DNA from: Mobula hypostoma
Lineage: Eukaryota
Reading direction: 5' to 3'
Length of the DNA: 64,000 nucleotides
Assembly (NCBI RefSeq): GCF_963921235.1
Contig: NC_086097.1
Location: 158,226,001-158,290,000 of the forward strand
A program made the position numbers and the translations under genes. Position 1 is the first letter of the stretch; the number at the start of each line of letters is the position of its first letter. Below, piece by piece: positions 62,849 to 64,000 of this stretch. The notes beneath the pieces were generated by a model. The model was not told the DNA's origin and did no database searches. It was given only the letters and a program-made list of their open reading frames with translations.

Positions 62849-64000
62849 TCGAGATAGCAGAGGTACTTAATGAATACTCTGCTTCAGTATTCACTACGGA
62901 AGAGGATCCTGGCAATGGTAGGGATAACTTACAGCAGACTGAAAAGCTTGAGCATGTAGATATTAAGAAAGAGGATGTGCTGGAGCTTTTGGAAAGCATC
63001 AAGTTGGATAAGTCATCGGGACTGGACGAGCTGTACCCCAGGCTACTATGGGAGGTGTGGGAGGAGATTGCCGAGCCTCTGACGATGATCTTTGCATCAT
63101 CAATGGAGACAGGAGAAGTTCCGGAGGATTGGTGGGTTGTGCATGTTTTTCCATTATTCAAGAAAGGGAGTAGAGATAGCCTAGGAAATTATACAGCGGA
63201 GAGTCTTACTTCAGTGGTTGGTAAGTTGATGGAGAAGATACTGAGAGGCAGGTTGTACTTTATGAGCCTGATAGAATTTTTTGAGGATGTGACTAAACAC
63301 GTTGATGAAGGTAGAGCAGTAGATGTAGTGTATATGGATTTCAGCACGGCATTTGACAGGGTACCCAATGCAAGGCTTATTGAAAAAGTAAGGAGGCATG
63401 GGATCCAAGGGGACATTGCTTTGTGGATCGAGAACTGGCTCGCCCACAGAAGGCAAAGAGTGGTTGTATTTGGGTAATATTCTGCATGGAGGTCGGTCAC
63501 CAGCGGTGTGCCTCGGGGATCTGTTCTGGGACCCCTACTCTTTGTGATTTTTATAAATGACCTGGATGAAGAAGTGGAGGGATGGGTTAGTAAATTTGCT
63601 GATGACACAAAGGTTGTAGGTGTTGTGGATAGTGTGGAGGGCTGTCAGAGGTTGCAGCGGGACATTGATAGGGTGCAAAACTGGGCTGAGAAGTAGCAGA
63701 TGGAGTTCAACCCAGATAAGTGTGAGCTGGTTCATTTTGGTAGGTCAAATATGATGACAGAATATAGTATTAATGGTAAGACTCTTGGCAGTGTGGAGGA
63801 TCAGAGGGATCTTGTGGTCTGAGTCCATAGAACACTCAAAGCAGCTGCTCAGGTTGACTTCGTGGTTAAGAAAGCATATGGTGCATTGGCCTTCATCAAT
63901 TGTGGGATTGAGTTTAGGAGCCGAGAGGTAATGTTGCAGATTCTTTGTCAGACCCCACTTGGAGTACTGTGCTCAGTTCTGGTCGCCTCACTATAGGAAG
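62849..64000 (+). mobile_element. CR1 LINE RT region, inactivated, runs off the window end
   Basis: EIAEVLNEY.ASVFT; VPEDW...[35 protein letters not shown] at 63595-63606. It has in-frame stops, and the SQHGF segment is missing. Confidence 0.92.

Noticed and set aside
62695..63477. Longest ORF (260 aa) as a host gene
   Set aside because: It is a chance read-through from a Rex1-type UTR into a CR1 RT fragment that has a deletion and stops.

Overview
Repeat-dense vertebrate DNA, probably intronic or intergenic. The repeat complement (HE1/V-SINEs, CR1/HER1-like, Rex1/Babar, RTE, L1, Penelope-like, Tc1) points to a cartilaginous fish, likely a ray (inference). I found no convincing host exon: the ORFs I could recognise are retroelement fragments. 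The most interesting signal is non-coding, with two classes of self-cleaving ribozyme motif carried by small mobile units. (1) A ~550-bp non-coding retroposon (57187-57738, 12-bp TSD) starts 3 nt before a complete HDV-like double-pseudoknot fold. That fold has an unusual hairpin inserted in loop L3, and a decayed second copy lies at 115-549. (2) A Penelope-like family has a ~135-bp terminal unit carrying a minimal hammerhead (CTGACGA...GAAACGTC). The unit occurs attached to GIY-YIG coding fragments, and also as solo or head-to-head inverted 100-220-bp insertions, most with their own TSDs. Their 5' junctions cluster just upstream of the catalytic box. Ribozyme folds were assigned by eye and activity is untested. 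Repeat boundaries without a stated TSD are approximate.
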